DNA of 64,000 nt from Deltaproteobacteria bacterium TL4 (GTDB taxonomy: Bacteria > SAR324 > NAC60-12), in the NCBI GenBank assembly GCA_051382335.1, contig JBBCAX010000084.1:34899-98898 (forward strand), read 5' to 3'. The notes below the pieces were generated by a model. The model was not told where the DNA came from and did not search any database. It worked only from the letters and a program-made list of their open reading frames with translations. The position numbers were made by a program, and so were the translations under genes. Below are positions 29,804-40,524 of the stretch, one piece after another; the first letter of the stretch is position 1; each line of letters opens with the position of its first letter.

Positions 29804-32216
29804 GGTATTCACCTTGGTTTTTAGGCTTTGCTTTCAGATAGATCAAAGGGTGCTTGGAAGTATTGCGAATGGTGTAATTTTTCATGGAAATCGGAAGAAA
29901 CACACTTTCCTCAGGACAGAGTTCGGTTTTTTCTCCTTGGCGTGTTTGAAGTTCGGCCCCTGGCGTTACCGCAATCAACAGGTGATATGCCGAGTCCATG
30001 GCTTCCTGAAGTTGAGCTCCTGGTTGAAGGGTAATGCGATCCGTTGTAAAATCGGGAAAGTCCACAAAGCGTTCATTGCGTCGAGTTTCTGTGTGTTCCA
30101 ATAACTGTAACTCAGGAAGCTGATAGACTTCTGGTGTCATTAAAGACAACGCTTTCTCCGTATCCCAGTGATTCTGGGTGAGTACCTTTTGAGCATACAT
30201 CACAATCATGCGTTCATAATGGGGTGTTTGAAATTCGATAACCTTGATGCCATGCTGTAATGAATGCATTTGATAGGCGGGAAACGTAATCACATCGCCT
30301 ACTTCAACAGAACATTCACCAACAAACCGGTTGGCCTTTTCCCTCAGTTGCCTTTCCTGTTCTGCTAACGGCGCAGGAATCTCCTGCAGGAGTTTTTTCA
30401 TAACATCGGGCGCCACAGGACTTTGTAGGGGAAGGCCTTGAATCTTTTTGGCATGATCCAACTGCTGATCAATCTGGTTCCGGAGTATGTGATAGTCTTC
30501 AATACTTTGCTGAAAATCCCGAAAGAAGGGGCCCTTCCAGGAATCGCCATACCGCTGCTGGTATTCGTGCATGCGCTCGTCATTCAAGCCCGCTTTAATC
30601 ACACCTTTCCCATCGGGCCATGCCTGAGAGTCCACCTCAATCACCACGTAAACCTCCCATTTTTTTCCATGTATTTCCAGGTAGAGATCTCCTAAAATTG
30701 GATCGGGAACCGGATTCAAGGTTTTAAGCAAGATCAGTTCTTCAGCGTGCTCCTTGAGTACCGCACTTCGAAACAGGGACAAAGCATAAGGCAATTCTGT
30801 TTTTCCAGTGGCTGATTTAACTTCACAGACTCCACGATTCTCCACGCCTGTATACCAACCTTCATAACCCCAAGGTTTTTCAATTTTCAAAAGACCCAGG
30901 AAAAACCATTTTTCAGGATTAAGCATGGCGGCCTGTTGTTTTTCTGCAATCAGTTTCAGTGCGTCACTAGCATGTTTGAAAATTTGGTTTCTGAGCCACG
31001 CTACCGCCACTTCGCTCTTCCAGGCACAACCTTCAATTTTTTTGGTTTTGAGTTCGTAATGAAAAAATTCCTGGCAAGTTTGCAGGATAGGTGGGGTTTT
31101 CCAGCGTTCCTGCCGTTGTCGCTGAAGCAGCACATACCCATCATTAACCTGGTACCGCTCCAACGATTCAAAAACCGAATCCGCAAGGTTAGCTCCGTCA
31201 ACCTCGTTATGGATTTCAACTTCCAATGAAAGAGACCAGAAAACCGTATCATGAATGACCTCTGGAGCGATCGCGTGGTTTTTCCACCAGCAGGAAACGG
31301 TGTCAGTCATAGTTTGAGGAATGCAGGTTGAGTCATATAATTCCGGTTTTAGCGTGTAATGCTGAAGGGCTTTCACGGTTTCAGGTGCCTGGGGTGAAAG
31401 CAGGCTTGAAATCGTATCCACTTCTGTTTGCGGTAACCTGTAGGGAGAAATGAATTCCACAGAAATCTCACTTTGAGTGGTGCTGAGTCGGTATTCTGTA
31501 TCCAAAGACTGTGTCAGTTTTTTTGCCGCATATTGATTAGGATTGATGAGGGTCGTATGGGGATATCCCAGCTCAGAGCAAGCCTTCTTGAAAAGATCGG
31601 CACGATAACCATAATGGGTACATCCCAGTAAGATCAACAGCTGACAGTTTTTTGAAAGGGGAACACGTTGCAGTGCGTTTTGAACATGAGCAAGAATGCA
31701 TTCGTAAACCTTCACCCCCGATAAATCATTGGAGATCATGGTTGCTAAACCAGGACATGCCTCTGAAATAATGGGCAGTGTGACATTTTTTTCCACTAAA
31801 GCGATCTCATATATTCTGGCTGTAATCGTGGTTTCTGTGGCAAAAACCAAAAGAACCTCCGGGTTTTGTGAGACAGGGATCCTTTGAACACCTTCAACAC
31901 CCAGAGGAATGATCCCCTGGACCAACACAGGCAGTTCGGGTTTAAAGTCAATCTCCGGTAATAAGGCGGATAAGGTGTTGCACGCGACAAAAATCAGGTT
32001 GGGGTTATAACATCGATACATGTTCCAAAGAATGTGGGTGAAGGTGGCCAACTTTTGAGCTTTTGAACTCATTGTATTGTACCCAAAAGCCTCTGAAGGG
32101 GCCGCGTTAACATACTTGATCGAAACACCTCCAACCTTTTGGAGTTGAAGTTCTTGCACCAACGCAGCGCAGATGGAGAGTCCGCCAAAACCTGAGTCTG
32201 TAATTATTATCGTCAT
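29793..32216 (-). CDS. Asp/Glu racemase (MurI-like) fused to a phosphomannose-isomerase-like cupin domain
   Basis: N-terminal DSGFGGLS, ACNTLS and LGCTHYG; C-terminal KPWGYEGWY, DLYLEIH...EVY and HSLQHGIKVIEFQ. Confidence 0.75.
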   Translation of the reverse strand: MTIIITDSGFGGLSICAALVQELQLQKVGGVSIKYVNAAPSEAFGYNTMSSKAQKLATFTHILWNMYRCYNPNLIFVACNTLSALLPEIDFKPELPVLVQGIIPLGVEGVQRIPVSQNPEVLLVFATETTITARIYEIALVEKNVTLPIISEACPGLATMISNDLSGVKVYECILAHVQNALQRVPLSKNCQLLILLGCTHYGYRADLFKKACSELGYPHTTLINPNQYAAKKLTQSLDTEYRLSTTQSEISVEFISPYRLPQTEVDTISSLLSPQAPETVKALQHYTLKPELYDSTCIPQTMTDTVSCWWKNHAIAPEVIHDTVFWSLSLEVEIHNEVDGANLADSVFESLERYQVNDGYVLLQRQRQERWKTPPILQTCQEFFHYELKTKKIEGCAWKSEVAVAWLRNQIFKHASDALKLIAEKQQAAMLNPEKWFFLGLLKIEKPWGYEGWYTGVENRGVCEVKSATGKTELPYALSLFRSAVLKEHAEELILLKTLNPVPDPILGDLYLEIHGKKWEVYVVIEVDSQAWPDGKGVIKAGLNDERMHEYQQRYGDSWKGPFFRDFQQSIEDYHILRNQIDQQLDHAKKIQGLPLQSPVAPDVMKKLLQEIPAPLAEQERQLREKANRFVGECSVEVGDVITFPAYQMHSLQHGIKVIEFQTPHYERMIVMYAQKVLTQNHWDTEKALSLMTPEVYQLPELQLLEHTETRRNERFVDFPDFTTDRITLQPGAQLQEAMDSAYHLLIAVTPGAELQTRQGEKTELCPEESVFLPISMKNYTIRNTSKHPLIYLKAKPKNQGEYHDC

Positions 32217-32369
32217 AAAATCATTTCATCATTTTTAGGAGGGGCTTACTTCATAGCTATTTCACAGTCTGCCTAATGTATTTTTTACAGGATGATAGAT
32301 CAAGGCGGATTTTATGCGATGGGGGGAAGACAGAGAGAAGGACTTGTCTTGTTGGAATACGGAAAATGG

Positions 32370-32759
32370 TCAGTCCGCAGGAGTGTCCGGGAAAAAATAC
32401 AGGTAGCATGAATCTTCTTCTGTAATATATTTTTCAATTTCTTTAACTAAAGCAGGATCGATGATTTCATCCAATTGAATTCCAACATACCACCCTTCTT
32501 CAGCATGTCTGATCCATCGCACATAGCCCTCTCGACTCCAGACTTCTCTTAGTCCGGAAATGCCCTTGAATTTCTCGATATGAAACCTCACTCTAAGTGA
32601 AGTTTCCTCAGCCTCAATCGGGATTCTGCTGAGAATTTGCAAACCATGCGCAGACCAATCCAACACCACCCCTCTCGCAAAATGACGATTAATGGTGAGG
32701 GATAGACGATGGCAATAAGCATGTCTTTGCTCGATTCTGTTTTCAGAAGAGGTACTCAT
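32370..32759 (-). CDS. PilZ domain protein
   Basis: EQRH...VLDWSAHGLQI...GYVRWIR...YVGIQL. Confidence 0.75.
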   Translation of the reverse strand: MSTSSENRIEQRHAYCHRLSLTINRHFARGVVLDWSAHGLQILSRIPIEAEETSLRVRFHIEKFKGISGLREVWSREGYVRWIRHAEEGWYVGIQLDEIIDPALVKEIEKYITEEDSCYLYFFPDTPAD

Positions 32760-32855
32760 GAAGGCTCCTCAATATATGCCTAAAAAAGAAAATCATTACC
32801 GATCTCTTATCTATACATAAAATACCCCCTATGAAAAAGAATTATTTAAAAAACA

Positions 32856-33164
32856 TTAATTTAAAAATTTTCCGCTCAGCCAATCCGAGACAACACCTTG
32901 ATGACGTCGCACATCAAGATGGATGATTTCGTAGGTGGCAAGCCCTCGCTGATGAAAAGGATCCCCTTCAATGAATTGTTGAACGGCACCGTCATTCGCC
33001 GCTCTCATGATAATAACGCCTCCCTTTTGAGTAGACTGCATTCCGGATAGCAAGATATCCCCTTGGCGATCATAGGGCTCCAAATAGTCTCGATGAGCTG
33101 GTACGGCTTCCATGATTTTTTCAACAGGGACCTGGTAAGTTAACAGAAGGATGTAAACGTTCAT
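32856..33164 (-). CDS. YciI family protein
   Basis: AHRDYL, LSG, GGVII and DPF. Confidence 0.88.
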   Translation of the reverse strand: MNVYILLLTYQVPVEKIMEAVPAHRDYLEPYDRQGDILLSGMQSTQKGGVIIMRAANDGAVQQFIEGDPFHQRGLATYEIIHLDVRRHQGVVSDWLSGKFLN

Positions 33165-33172
33165 ATCAATTC

Positions 33173-35743
33173 TCAGAAATGTTCCAATTGTTTCGGGAAC
33201 GGGCGTACAATTTCACAAGCGACAAGGGTCATATCATCATCCAAAGGCCATCCCCCATAGAATTTAAAAACATCATTCACTAAATTAGTAACTAATTCTT
33301 TAACAGGCAGATGGCCATATTGTTTTAAATAGCGTCTCAAATGGCCCTCACTCCAATACTCTCTTTGATGATTCGTATTTTCAATCAGACCATCCGTATA
33401 AAAAAATAACAAATCCCCAATGCCCAGTTGCACGGTACTTTGAGTAAAGGCAATGTCCTGCTTATCTCCAAGTCTGGGATTGACATTCACCAAAGCTTTC
33501 ATTTTATTACTATGACTGTTGACCACAAGGGGGAAGTTATGCCCCGCATTTGAAAACGTTAACATCCCGGTTTGCAAGTCGAGGCTTGCTACAAAAAAGG
33601 TCATCAGAAAATTAGGAAAACCGGCTTTGTGAATCACCTGATTTAGATATCTAAGGAGGTATGAAGGCGAGGGTTTAATGTGTAAATCACGGGACAACTC
33701 CTCTAAAATTCCACAGGCGGAACTCGCCGCCGCAGTGACCAGGGCTGCGGGAATCCCATGCCCGGTGACATCACCAATCAAAACATACAAGGTGTTTTCG
33801 AGGGTGTTCACAAAGCCATACCAATCACCCCCTGTCTCAGAGGCGGATTGGAAAAAGCTGGCAATCTCAATATTAGACACCCGGGGTAGGGTTTTGGGGA
33901 AAAAAGATTGTTGAACCGCCGCGGCTGTTTTTAACTCGGATTCCATCCGGGTTGATTCTTGAATCCCTTCCATCAAATGAATATTTTTGAAGGTGATGGA
34001 CATGAAACTGCTTAGAGTTTCTGTGATTTGACGTTCTTCGGAATTGGGTTTAAATTGTCCTCTTGTGCCACTAATGCTCAAAATCCCCAATACCGTTGTC
34101 CCATCCATCAAAGGCATACACAATACGGCGCCTTCTTCATTTTCCAGAAAGGGGACGGCATAACTCTTTTCGTTTGAAGTATCCGGGTGATAAATCAATT
34201 CTTTCTTTTGCAGAACCACCTTAAGAATACTGTGCTGTGCCGTCAGCATATCCTGAAAACATTTTCTGGCTCTTTGTGGATACAGATGAAACAATGTCAA
34301 CTCCTCTTCCTGAGGACACAAAAACAAAGCCAGGCGCGTGATATTCACGTGCCGTCGCAAGGCCTCCGAAACGGTTTCAAAAACCTTGCGTCGATCCATC
34401 AGGCTGGCTAAATTTTGGGTGGTGTTGTTCAGTTCATGCAAAATAGAAATTTGTGCCAGTATTTTAAAATTCATTTGCTGAACATTGGTTAATAGCTTTT
34501 GATTTTCAACAAAGGTATCCGCAAATTGGAGTGTCACTACCAGCAGCATGCAGCCTGTAACCACAATCGTGCCAAAATAGATCATGCCAATCGAGGTGAT
34601 GATTCCCAAGGCCAATAATAAATCATGAATTCCTGAGGCAAAAAAAACCAAGCCTCCAACAAACATAATTCGGCTTCCCGGTCTTTCATGCAAAACGCCC
34701 TTGAAATACATGAAGACGCCCAAGCTTCCCAAAAACACATTGTAGATAAAAACCAGGGACCGACTTAAAAGAAATACGTCGAGATTAAACAGGCCTAATC
34801 CCATTGACGTAAAAATAACCGACATGAGGATATAGAAATAAAAGGAGATACGATTGATTCGGGGCGTAGGCTTATAAAAAATCTGTGCGTACTGGTAATG
34901 ATAATAGAAGGCGAAAAACCCTACATAATGAAACAGCAGTAAGGTTTCCGGATTCCAGAATTTGATCAGATTATCTCCTGGCGCGGCATAAAAAGGGAAA
35001 ATACAAAGACAGGTCAGACTGGCGACCAAATAAACGGAAACGTTGGTTTTAAGAAAGACAATTAAATAAAAAATTCCCGCAATTAATGAAATATAAGCCG
35101 CAATCAATCGAACTTCGCCACCCCAAAACTGCGCAAGAGCCAACGTCCAGTCATCAGGATGATAGTGCCGTATTTGAAAAGGCAGTTGATACACACCCGT
35201 CATTAAAATCGTATCCACACGAAAAACAAAATCATGCTCCGTTTTCGTGATTTTGAAACGAACGGGAATGGGTTGAATCGAAAAATAGCGCGTGATGTTT
35301 TTTTCTCCCGGACGATGGTAAATTTCCTGTTCATCTAAAAAAACAGTCAACCGACTCATATAGGCATCAATTAAAAACACGGCCTCTATTCCAATAAGCT
35401 GGGGCGCAAACGCAATTTTGGCTCGATACCACCCAACCCTGAAATTTTTGCCGTCTTTGTAGATTTTTTTCCAAGGCTGAGGGGTTTTTACCAGAGTCCA
35501 TTCCTGAAGTTCGAAGCTCGAACGTTTATTATCGGGATGATCCTTCCTGGTAAAATACCAGTTTCCAACCAAACTGAACGGGGTTCGTAGAGAATCAACA
35601 TAGAACTGACAAGAGTCACAAGACGTTAACGGATTCGCAAAATTAACGATAGGAAAAGAAAAAAACAACAAGCTTACCCAGCACACCACTCCTCTTAATT
35701 TAATTTGACTCGTAGGTCCCATAAGACAGAAGCTCTCTTTCAA
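33173..35743 (-). CDS. Membrane sensor: beta-sandwich + 7TM-DISM + GAF + SpoIIE/PP2C phosphatase
   Basis: GWYR beta-sandwich motif, about 7 TM segments, a GAF-like region, then GGDWY, GDVTGHG, NAGHN, YTDGLIE and DDMT. Confidence 0.9.
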   Translation of the reverse strand: MKESFCLMGPTSQIKLRGVVCWVSLLFFSFPIVNFANPLTSCDSCQFYVDSLRTPFSLVGNWYFTRKDHPDNKRSSFELQEWTLVKTPQPWKKIYKDGKNFRVGWYRAKIAFAPQLIGIEAVFLIDAYMSRLTVFLDEQEIYHRPGEKNITRYFSIQPIPVRFKITKTEHDFVFRVDTILMTGVYQLPFQIRHYHPDDWTLALAQFWGGEVRLIAAYISLIAGIFYLIVFLKTNVSVYLVASLTCLCIFPFYAAPGDNLIKFWNPETLLLFHYVGFFAFYYHYQYAQIFYKPTPRINRISFYFYILMSVIFTSMGLGLFNLDVFLLSRSLVFIYNVFLGSLGVFMYFKGVLHERPGSRIMFVGGLVFFASGIHDLLLALGIITSIGMIYFGTIVVTGCMLLVVTLQFADTFVENQKLLTNVQQMNFKILAQISILHELNNTTQNLASLMDRRKVFETVSEALRRHVNITRLALFLCPQEEELTLFHLYPQRARKCFQDMLTAQHSILKVVLQKKELIYHPDTSNEKSYAVPFLENEEGAVLCMPLMDGTTVLGILSISGTRGQFKPNSEERQITETLSSFMSITFKNIHLMEGIQESTRMESELKTAAAVQQSFFPKTLPRVSNIEIASFFQSASETGGDWYGFVNTLENTLYVLIGDVTGHGIPAALVTAAASSACGILEELSRDLHIKPSPSYLLRYLNQVIHKAGFPNFLMTFFVASLDLQTGMLTFSNAGHNFPLVVNSHSNKMKALVNVNPRLGDKQDIAFTQSTVQLGIGDLLFFYTDGLIENTNHQREYWSEGHLRRYLKQYGHLPVKELVTNLVNDVFKFYGGWPLDDDMTLVACEIVRPFPKQLEHF

Positions 35744-36137
35744 GGATTGCTTTAAGAATAACCGATTGACGCCCTATTCCCTTATAACAACTTCTAATCA
35801 AGAATTCTATAGGGTTTTCAGGATACTTGTCATGCCTCAAATATTCGGTTGCCGTCGATAAATATCCATTCGTTCTCTCTCCTTTTCGGAAGGAAGAGGG
35901 GAAAGAGATCATGAATTCCAGGGAAGAAGCGTGGTGCGTTCATATCAACTTGACATTCCGCTCACAACATAGCAGTCTGGGCGACTCTTTTAAATAAAGG
36001 GAGCCTTGAGAGCTTTTTAAGCATCCAACCTTCTCGACTTCGACTATTTATCCTTTTCTTCATATTCAATTTGTAAAGGGTGATCTTCAGAAGGGACTTC
36101 TGGATACCTTTTGCACGCGACATGGGAAGTCTTAACT

Positions 36138-37616
36138 ATGATTAAAGACCGTATTGCAGACAGCCTGACATTTGATGATGTTTTGTTATTACCCCAGTAT
36201 TCTGAATGGTTACCGTCACAGGTTTCCGTCTCCACCCGTTTAACCCGGCATCTGGATTTAAATATTCCCTTGATCAGCGCCGCTATGGACACGGTGACAG
36301 AGTATCAGACCGCAATTTGCATGGCACAAGAAGGAGGAATTGGAATCATTCATAAAAACATGAGCATCGAAGAACAATCGGCCCATATTGAACGTGTCAA
36401 ACGCTCAGAAAGCGGAATGATCACCAACCCTATTACCGTTGCTCCAGACCAACCCGTCAGGAATGCGATGGATTTGATGGATCGATATCACATTTCAGGG
36501 GTCCCCGTCGTTCAAGGGAAAGAGTTAGTTGGGATTTTAACCAATCGGGACCTGCGTTTTGAAACTAATGTTCGGCAGCTAGTTCACGAAGTGATGACCA
36601 GCGGTCGCGAGAAATTAGTCACGGTTTCTCCGGGGATTGATCTGGGAGAAGCAAAGCGCTTATTACACAAACATCGCATTGAAAAGCTATTGGTGGTTTC
36701 CGCTGCTTATGAATTAGTTGGGCTGATTACGATCAAAGATATCGAAAAATCACGCAAATACCCGAACGCTAACAAAGATGCCCAGGGACGCTTACGTGTC
36801 GGTGCCGCGGTTGGCGTTTCAGCGGATTTGATTCCCAGGGTAGAAGCTCTGATGAACTCCGGTGTGGATGTGATCGTTATTGATACTGCGCATGGTCATT
36901 CCAAGGGCGTCCTGGATAGTATTATCAAATTGCGCAAAACGTTTCCGGCTTTAGAAATTATTGGCGGAAATATCGCTTCCGGGGAAGCGGCAGAAGCCCT
37001 CATAAAAGCTGGAGTGGATGCGGTTAAGGTGGGAATTGGACCAGGCTCCATTTGTACGACTCGTGTGGTTTCAGGGGTTGGTGTGCCTCAGATCACCGCA
37101 ATTGATGAAGTTGTTCACGTGGCTCAAAAATATGATATCCCTGTGATTTCTGATGGCGGAATAAAATTTTCAGGTGATGTGGTTAAAGCTCTTGCCGCAG
37201 GCGCTCATTCCGTAATGATTGGCAGCCTCTTTGCGGGAACCGCGGAAACCCCGGGACAAGTGATCCTTTACAAGGGACGACAGTATAAGCAATACCGTGG
37301 AATGGGTTCCTTAAGCGCCATGAAAGCCGGAAGTAAAGACCGTTATTTTCAGCAAGATGTGGAGGAAATCAAACTGGTACCAGAAGGTATTGAAGCACGC
37401 GTTCCCTACAAAGGCTCTTTGGCTGAAACATTACATCAATTTGTTGGCGGACTCCGCTCAGGCATGGGGTATACCGGCAGCAAAACGATTGAAGAACTTC
37501 GGACGCAAACTCGATTTGTGCAGATTACTTCGGCAGGCTTAAAGGAAAGTCACGTCCATGACGTGTATATTACCGAAGAAGCACCCAATTACCCCTCAGT
37601 GATTCATGATTCATAA
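36138..37616 (+). CDS. guaB: IMP dehydrogenase
   Basis: [18 protein letters not shown] pair, [11 protein letters not shown] and YRGMGS. Confidence 0.97.
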   Translation: MIKDRIADSLTFDDVLLLPQYSEWLPSQVSVSTRLTRHLDLNIPLISAAMDTVTEYQTAICMAQEGGIGIIHKNMSIEEQSAHIERVKRSESGMITNPITVAPDQPVRNAMDLMDRYHISGVPVVQGKELVGILTNRDLRFETNVRQLVHEVMTSGREKLVTVSPGIDLGEAKRLLHKHRIEKLLVVSAAYELVGLITIKDIEKSRKYPNANKDAQGRLRVGAAVGVSADLIPRVEALMNSGVDVIVIDTAHGHSKGVLDSIIKLRKTFPALEIIGGNIASGEAAEALIKAGVDAVKVGIGPGSICTTRVVSGVGVPQITAIDEVVHVAQKYDIPVISDGGIKFSGDVVKALAAGAHSVMIGSLFAGTAETPGQVILYKGRQYKQYRGMGSLSAMKAGSKDRYFQQDVEEIKLVPEGIEARVPYKGSLAETLHQFVGGLRSGMGYTGSKTIEELRTQTRFVQITSAGLKESHVHDVYITEEAPNYPSVIHDS

Positions 37617-37625
37617 AACCTCCTT

Positions 37626-38660
37626 ATGAAAAAATTATTATTAGTTTTCTGGCTCTCTTTACTTGTTGGCTGTTCCTTTCATTACTATGAAGGTCAAGAT
37701 TTAGAAGAACAAAAACGATGGGAAGAGGCTTCAATTGAGTATCACTTGGCTTTTGTTGATGATCCTGCTGATGTTGAAATTCAAGCAGCACTCCAGCGGA
37801 CTAATGAGCATGTTGCTAAAGAAAACATGACGCGTTACCATGAATATTTAGCTCAACGTCAATATAAGAAGGCCTATCGTCGTTTGGAAGCTGCCTCGGT
37901 TCAGGATCCGAAATTGGAGGATGCTCAAAAAGAATTACAGCATTGGGCCAAAGTTCTGATTGCGGGGAAGGTCAGCTTTGAGTTTGATCGTCTACAAGCC
38001 AATGTCCGACTTGCCGATGAAATGCAGCTTCAATTCTTGATGAACACTCCGGTTGGCGAAGTACTGACTGCGGATATCTCCAATGAAAGCGGAGTGTTTT
38101 TTGTTGAAGATATTCTTTATCGTCAGCCTACGGAAATGCTGACTCAATACTCCTTGAACTCCATTGGGTTGAATCTTATTCGAAAAACTCCTAGTGGATT
38201 TTCCCAGAAAACATTCAAAAAATTCATTAATTTCAGGGGTACTGGTGCAGAACAGGTCATCGGGCAATTGGAAAAAAGTGATAGTGATGAGCTGAAAGGG
38301 GTACTGGATCATCGTGTCCAACTGCTGACACCGCAAAGTGCTTCTACTGAACCTTGGTTACCCCCACGATTGGTTCCCTATAAACTTTCTTTAAGTGGGG
38401 CACAGATTCAGGTGTTGGACGATGAAAAGCGGTTGGAGTTTGTACCTTCGGTCCTCTATGTCAATCGCAAACAAGGGCGGGGTTTTGTAGACTTTGGCTC
38501 TTACCGCCTTAAACTGAACACCAATGGACAATGGTCCATTCAGCGGCAAACCTATCAGAAAAGGGAAGACGATTATTATTATCAGTTTTCAAAAAATCTT
38601 GCCTTAAATCCCTATTTTTTTTATAGGGAAGGAGCTTATCGCTATGTTCTGGTTCCCTAA
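37626..38660 (+). CDS. Hypothetical lipoprotein with a TPR-like N-terminus
   Basis: Lipobox LLVGC after MKK and a hydrophobic stretch. Confidence 0.75.
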   Translation: MKKLLLVFWLSLLVGCSFHYYEGQDLEEQKRWEEASIEYHLAFVDDPADVEIQAALQRTNEHVAKENMTRYHEYLAQRQYKKAYRRLEAASVQDPKLEDAQKELQHWAKVLIAGKVSFEFDRLQANVRLADEMQLQFLMNTPVGEVLTADISNESGVFFVEDILYRQPTEMLTQYSLNSIGLNLIRKTPSGFSQKTFKKFINFRGTGAEQVIGQLEKSDSDELKGVLDHRVQLLTPQSASTEPWLPPRLVPYKLSLSGAQIQVLDDEKRLEFVPSVLYVNRKQGRGFVDFGSYRLKLNTNGQWSIQRQTYQKREDDYYYQFSKNLALNPYFFYREGAYRYVLVP

Positions 38661-38692
38661 AACCTAACCTTCTTCTCTTCATTGACTGAACC

Positions 38693-39862
38693 ATGCGGTT
38701 GATTATGCAATATGTGCTGTTGTTCACAACGATTCTATGCTTGCTGGGGAAGCCGTCTGTCTTAACAGCCTCAGGGGTGACAGAACGTAAAATCATCATG
38801 GGGAGTCATCACCCTCTGAGTGGTCCCGCCAGCCGTTTTTCTGAGATCAGCAACAGCTCAAAGGCTTATTTTCAGTACATCAATGATCAAGGAGGTGTTC
38901 ATGGACGTCTGATAGAGTGCCGTTATCTTGATGATGGGTTTCAACCTCAACGTACAGAAAAAGTAATGTATGAGTTGATTTTCAAGGATCCTGTTTTTTT
39001 GATTTTTAATGGTCTTGGAAACGAAACTCATCAAGCGGTTGCTCCGTGGTTGGAGCAAATGCAGATTCCCGATTTGTTGATAGGTTCCTCACATCCTCAA
39101 TGGAGTTTTCCGGTCAAACCCACTGTTTTTGCCTTCAACCCCACACCCAGTGTGGAAGGGACGGTACTGGGAAGGTATCTTTCCGTTCAGCATCTCAAGG
39201 AACAAATTGTGGTTTGGTACTACAACGAAGAGCCTTTCCGACAAGCGATGAAAAGTCTTTCTCAAGTGATGATCCAACATAATCCGCCTGTTCGGATACA
39301 CCGATATACGCCCCCATCCAGTGATATTTACACGGATATCGAATCCATTAAACGGTATGCTCCTCAAGCGGTTGTCGTTCTTGCACCACCAGAACTCATG
39401 GCTCCGTTTATCAAACAGGCTTTTTTTCTGGGCTTGCAGGCAAAGATCTATTTAGGGTATGACCTCTCCCAATATGAGTTCTTTAAAGATCTTGAGCCAC
39501 AAATGAAAGAAAATTTAGGTTTATTGATTTCTCAACCCTTATTATCTCAAACCGACCATCCTGGAATTCAGATGCACCGTGCCATTTTGCACGCTTATCG
39601 ACAAGAACTCCAGGCAACCCCATGGACCGTTTATGGACAAGCCGTGGCAGAGGTGATGGTAGAAATATTGCACCGCACAGGACGAAAGCTGACCCGCCCC
39701 AGACTCCTGGAATCCGCAGAAACGTTATCCCGATGGCAGGGGATGCTGACTCCTCCGATAACCTTTTCGCCTCAAAACCATGTGGGTCTGACCGCATTGA
39801 AAATAGCTCAAGTTCAAAATGGAACCTTGCAGCTTGTTTCCGACTGGATTAGTGGACTATGA
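38693..39862 (+). CDS. Branched-chain amino acid-type periplasmic binding protein (orphan)
   Basis: PLSGPAS, INDQGGVHGRLI and LDDGFQP. Confidence 0.88.
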   Translation: MRLIMQYVLLFTTILCLLGKPSVLTASGVTERKIIMGSHHPLSGPASRFSEISNSSKAYFQYINDQGGVHGRLIECRYLDDGFQPQRTEKVMYELIFKDPVFLIFNGLGNETHQAVAPWLEQMQIPDLLIGSSHPQWSFPVKPTVFAFNPTPSVEGTVLGRYLSVQHLKEQIVVWYYNEEPFRQAMKSLSQVMIQHNPPVRIHRYTPPSSDIYTDIESIKRYAPQAVVVLAPPELMAPFIKQAFFLGLQAKIYLGYDLSQYEFFKDLEPQMKENLGLLISQPLLSQTDHPGIQMHRAILHAYRQELQATPWTVYGQAVAEVMVEILHRTGRKLTRPRLLESAETLSRWQGMLTPPITFSPQNHVGLTALKIAQVQNGTLQLVSDWISGL

Positions 39863-40524
39863 CAGAATTCGTTAATTATCCCTTTAAACCAGGAATCGAA
39901 GAAATGATTCGCAAGAGCATACGAGAGGGAAAAGTTGTCGTTTTTCCGACAGAAACTTATTATGCGATTGGAGGGAATGCCTTTCATCCTGCTTTAGTAG
40001 AGCGTATTTTCCATGTTAAAAAGAGAGAGCCCCATAAACCCTTACTCTCACTGATCACGTTAGAATGGCTTGGTATTTTAATCGCGGAGGATCCTTCACC
40101 GTATGAGTCCCTGATCAAGGCGTTCTGGCCAGGTCCATTAACGCTTATATTTAAAGCAAAACCTCGGATCTCTCCGTTTTTGAGAGGCCCCCAAAACACG
40201 ATTGCGCTTCGCTACTCAAACTCGGAAATAGTGAATACGCTGCTTGAACTTGCGAAACGACCTCTCATTGGAACCAGTGCCAATCTTAGTGGCCAATCCG
40301 GATGCAGGACGGCACAAGAAGCGTATGCGCAGTTAGGAGACTCCATCGACTGGCTCATAGATGGAGGCGCAACCCCGGGAGAACAAGCTTCAACCATTCT
40401 CAACCTCACTTCCTCCCCTTTTCAGATTGAACGTCAAGGTGTGATTGAGGAAGATCAATTAAAACCATTTATCAACGATTTTTTGCATCAAAAGAAACCA
40501 GGGTATGTCCAACACAAAATATAA
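39859..40524 (+). CDS. tsaC: L-threonylcarbamoyladenylate synthase (TsaC/Sua5)
   Basis: [23 protein letters not shown] and TSANLSG. Confidence 0.93.
   Translation: MTEFVNYPFKPGIEEMIRKSIREGKVVVFPTETYYAIGGNAFHPALVERIFHVKKREPHKPLLSLITLEWLGILIAEDPSPYESLIKAFWPGPLTLIFKAKPRISPFLRGPQNTIALRYSNSEIVNTLLELAKRPLIGTSANLSGQSGCRTAQEAYAQLGDSIDWLIDGGATPGEQASTILNLTSSPFQIERQGVIEEDQLKPFINDFLHQKKPGYVQHKI

Noticed and set aside
35700..35912. 70-aa ORF upstream of the PP2C sensor
   Set aside because: It has no motif and lies in the divergent promoter region, so it is probably spurious.
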